Shown here piece after piece: positions 61,137 through 64,000 of a stretch of DNA of 64,000 bases. Location: positions 124,001-188,000 of the forward strand of contig JAPEUI010000018.1 of NCBI GenBank assembly GCA_026025075.1. Reading direction: 5' to 3'. The notes beneath the pieces were generated by a model, which was given only the letters and a program-made list of their open reading frames with translations, did no database searches and was not told where the DNA came from. The position numbers and the translations under genes are program-made. The stretch comes from Vezdaea acicularis (taxonomy: Eukaryota). How positions within the stretch are numbered: the first letter of the stretch is position 1; every line of letters starts with the position of its first letter.

Positions 61137-62207
61137 ATGATGGGTTTGGACCTACCATCGTGCTCATCGCTCTACGGTTTCCTAGCCGTAGTACTCCTAC
61201 TCCTCACTGATTTCGCTACCTCGACCTTCTTACCAACCCCAGGAATCGCATCAAGCAGCACCGACCCGTCATCCACAAAACCGCCACCCGTTCTCACCTG
61301 CCCTACCATCTCTCTCGAGCGCCATGGGATCGACTGGCGCGACCCGGCACACTGGCCCTCGCTCTCTTCGGTGCCAGATGGCCCCATATTTGGCGGCACC
61401 CGCTTGCCCAGAATAGCAGTAAACCCGAACATTTACAGCAATTTCGACACCGTCTGTTCGGCAGAACTAGCTCACGTCTTCAACGTAGGATGTGAATGCG
61501 TGCGTACTCCCGAAAGAGGGGGATGGGACGATTTAACACTAGATATGCCAATCGACTTCCACTACGGCCAAGACGGCGGCCAACCTCAGTCGTCCAACTT
61601 CGGCCTCCAGCGAACCCACTCCAGCTCATCGGGCGGCAGCTCCGGCTCCTCCGGCGCTCCCTCATCGACATACTCAGTCCAATGCCGAGCCCCACCAGGC
61701 GACGCCTTGCTGCAACACTCAGGCATCCGCATTCTTTGCATCAGCGCGTGTATGTGCCTTGATACCGGCGAGGCGATAAAAGATGGTTTAGTGGATACCG
61801 AGCTTTTGGAAAGCTACGCCGCGTCGATCAGTGTGGCGCCTTGGGACAAGCAGGTTGAATGGTCTGCAGAGGGCCGCGGAGGGCGCCTCGAGGTGTGGAG
61901 TATGGGCGCATCTCTACCCGGCTCGAAGCGGAGGAGGGTGGGGAATCGATTCGGAGAGGCTACCCAATGTGTTGGTCCCAATGCGGCTGTTGGCCCGAAT
62001 GGGAGAAGGGAGGGTCGTTTGGACGATACGGCGGGTTCGGTCGAGCCGATGGTCTGTAGTTCGAAGCCTAGGCGGCAGAGAGCGGAAGGCTGGGCGAATC
62101 TGATTCTGGGCTGTAGTGGGGAGGGGAGGATGGGAGTTGGGTCTGGCAAATGTGGGTTTGGGGATACGGGGGGCTTTGGGCGTTTAAGGAGGAGCCTGGG
62201 AAGGTAA
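61137..62207 (+). CDS. Secreted Cys-rich protein
   Basis: Hydrophobic N-terminus. Pattern C...Y....VCS.....NVGCEC...VQC...CISACMC. Confidence 0.65.
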   Translation: MMGLDLPSCSSLYGFLAVVLLLLTDFATSTFLPTPGIASSSTDPSSTKPPPVLTCPTISLERHGIDWRDPAHWPSLSSVPDGPIFGGTRLPRIAVNPNIYSNFDTVCSAELAHVFNVGCECVRTPERGGWDDLTLDMPIDFHYGQDGGQPQSSNFGLQRTHSSSSGGSSGSSGAPSSTYSVQCRAPPGDALLQHSGIRILCISACMCLDTGEAIKDGLVDTELLESYAASISVAPWDKQVEWSAEGRGGRLEVWSMGASLPGSKRRRVGNRFGEATQCVGPNAAVGPNGRREGRLDDTAGSVEPMVCSSKPRRQRAEGWANLILGCSGEGRMGVGSGKCGFGDTGGFGRLRRSLGR

Positions 62208-62781
62208 AAGGATACTGGGTTTTACTGAAGCGAAGGGGCGGCCTCAAAGATGGATTTCTGGAAGGAATGGTGTTCGTTTGAAGTACTTACGAGCGAAGGG
62301 TGGTGCATTTGCCAGGCGAGCGGGTTCACTTGTACGACGGGGAGTTAGCTCATATATGTGGATGGACATGTATAGCAAGACTTCGTCCATGGAGCGCGAG
62401 GCCACCAGAGCAATACGAAATCACCAAAAGGACGCTTCGCTAAGGGTTTTTTGGCACGTTGCAATTACTTCCATTATGTATGAGACTAGTAAAGACGTAC
62501 AGTGCAAGAGAAACGGAGTACATGGAGGAGAGACACAGCGACAGAACAAAACAATAGGAAGCAAGGAAAGCAGGTCCCATAAAATACACTCTCAAGAAAT
62601 ATATCCAGAATGAGAAGGAAACCGGTTTCCATGCGTAGTCATCCCATGCCAAGCCATGCTATGCCATGTCTTTCGCCGAAGCTCCCAGTCTGTCAATATT
62701 GTATGTACGCTCGGCGCCGTGATGTATCCAAAGTCGCCCAAAGCAAAAATCAGTCCGTTACAATAATGTAGAGGCACCCCA

Positions 62782-64000
62782 TTAAAAGCCGAGGATCCGT
62801 CTCATGTTGCTAACAGGAGGCGGAGCTCTTCTTACAGGAGGCAGTTCCTCTCTGCTCTCTCTTCTCCTCCGCCGCTCCTTGGACTTGCCCTTATCTTCGG
62901 CGACAGCCTCGGCTTGCTCTTTCGCGGCTTTCTTCTCTTCTCTCTTCCTTTCTTTCCTTGCGCGCTCCTCCGGGGACAAGTCGGCGTATCGCAGTTCGCG
63001 ATCTTTCTGCTTCCTTTCATCTCTTAATCGTTGCTCCTCTGCGCTTCGCTCCACCTTTTTGCGTTTCTCTCTCTCATCAAGGCTGCGCTCGCCATCGCTG
63101 CGTTTTCTGCGCTCCTTTGGCCTTGGCGGTTCTTTCTCCGCCTCCTTCTCTTCTGGAATAGCGACTTTGGAAGAGCTTTGGCGGGATGACGAGGGACGCG
63201 TAGACTTTGGCTCCTTGTTCGGATTGAAGAATAGAGGGTTCGTGGTAGCTGACACCGCGTTCTTAGGAAGGAACTTAGGCCGACTCTTCGGAAGGTCTAT
63301 CGCATCCCATTCTGTGCTACTCAACCTGCGTGTGATGCGAGGTGAAGAGGGCGATTTGGGTGCTGGCGGAGAAGCTTTGGGAGCAGGTATGTCTATTGGT
63401 GCAGGTGGCTTCGATCTTTTCTTCTTCTCTTTAGGCGGCTCTACTTTCTTCTTCTCATCCTTGGGCTTTTCTTTAGGCTTTTCCTTAGGCTTTTCCCTGG
63501 GACTTTCTTTGACATCCTCAGGCTTCTTGATCTCCTTTTTAGCGGACCCGGAGCTACGTTTGCTCGTATCGCTTTCTCTGCGGGTGCGCTTGGCCGGATC
63601 TGGGGTCTTCCCAGCGAAGAAAGATACCCAAATACCACTATTGGCCCGCTTTCGAACAGGCCTTGATGTTTCATCGCCTTTGGATGAACCTTTGCCACCT
63701 CCAGATGACCTCTTCGGGCTTCTTTTTGCCTTACTTGCGGTAGGTGATGATGGACTCTTGGCAGCTTCCGCATTCTCGCCTTCCTCTGGAATCGCATCAG
63801 TTGCGGCAGCTTCTGCAGCTGGTTCCTCTGATGCTCCGGCGGCGGGCTCTGCAACAGCGACTAGATCGTCAACAGCGCATTCAGCGTCAGCTACAGGAGC
63901 TTCTTCAGCAGGTGCCTCAACAGCTGCGGGCGCTTCTTCTAGTGGAGCCGGCTCTTCCACAGCTGCAGGTGCCTCAACAGTTGCGGGCGCTTCTTCTGGT
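62782..64000 (-). CDS. 3' part of a large low-complexity (E/A/P- then K/R/E-rich) protein; runs off the window
   Basis: Open frame to the window edge, with EEAPAAVEAPA repeats and a charged C-terminus. Confidence 0.75.
   Translation of the reverse strand, partial: PEEAPATVEAPAAVEEPAPLEEAPAAVEAPAEEAPVADAECAVDDLVAVAEPAAGASEEPAAEAAATDAIPEEGENAEAAKSPSSPTASKAKRSPKRSSGGGKGSSKGDETSRPVRKRANSGIWVSFFAGKTPDPAKRTRRESDTSKRSSGSAKKEIKKPEDVKESPREKPKEKPKEKPKDEKKKVEPPKEKKKRSKPPAPIDIPAPKASPPAPKSPSSPRITRRLSSTEWDAIDLPKSRPKFLPKNAVSATTNPLFFNPNKEPKSTRPSSSRQSSSKVAIPEEKEAEKEPPRPKERRKRSDGERSLDEREKRKKVERSAEEQRLRDERKQKDRELRYADLSPEERARKERKREEKKAAKEQAEAVAEDKGKSKERRRRRESREELPPVRRAPPPVSNMRRILGF

Overview
Eukaryotic, intron-containing DNA from a filamentous ascomycete (Pezizomycotina-like). 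Conserved genes include a class I chitin synthase, MRC1, RTF1, COQ7, PRP24, MRPL22, an LMW phosphotyrosine phosphatase, a PhyH dioxygenase, a TMEM234-like protein and a MOT1-type molybdate transporter. Accessory genes include a class I hydrophobin, a Tri101-like acyltransferase, an L-amino acid oxidase, a kinase-like protein, BTB and RING proteins, four secreted Cys-rich proteins and a tandem pair of small orphan paralogs. There are several families of miniature inverted-repeat elements, a copia gag relic and a coding repeat with RIP-like damage. The most interesting signal lies in the gap between a secreted-protein gene and PRP24 (about 48840-49580). It has the architecture of a fungal telomerase RNA core: boundary helix, template, and a pseudoknot with an extra hairpin and enclosing helix. 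Its template reads UUAACCUUAA rather than UAACCCUAA, which predicts non-canonical (TTAAGG)n telomeres. All calls were made by eye, and some exon boundaries are approximate.
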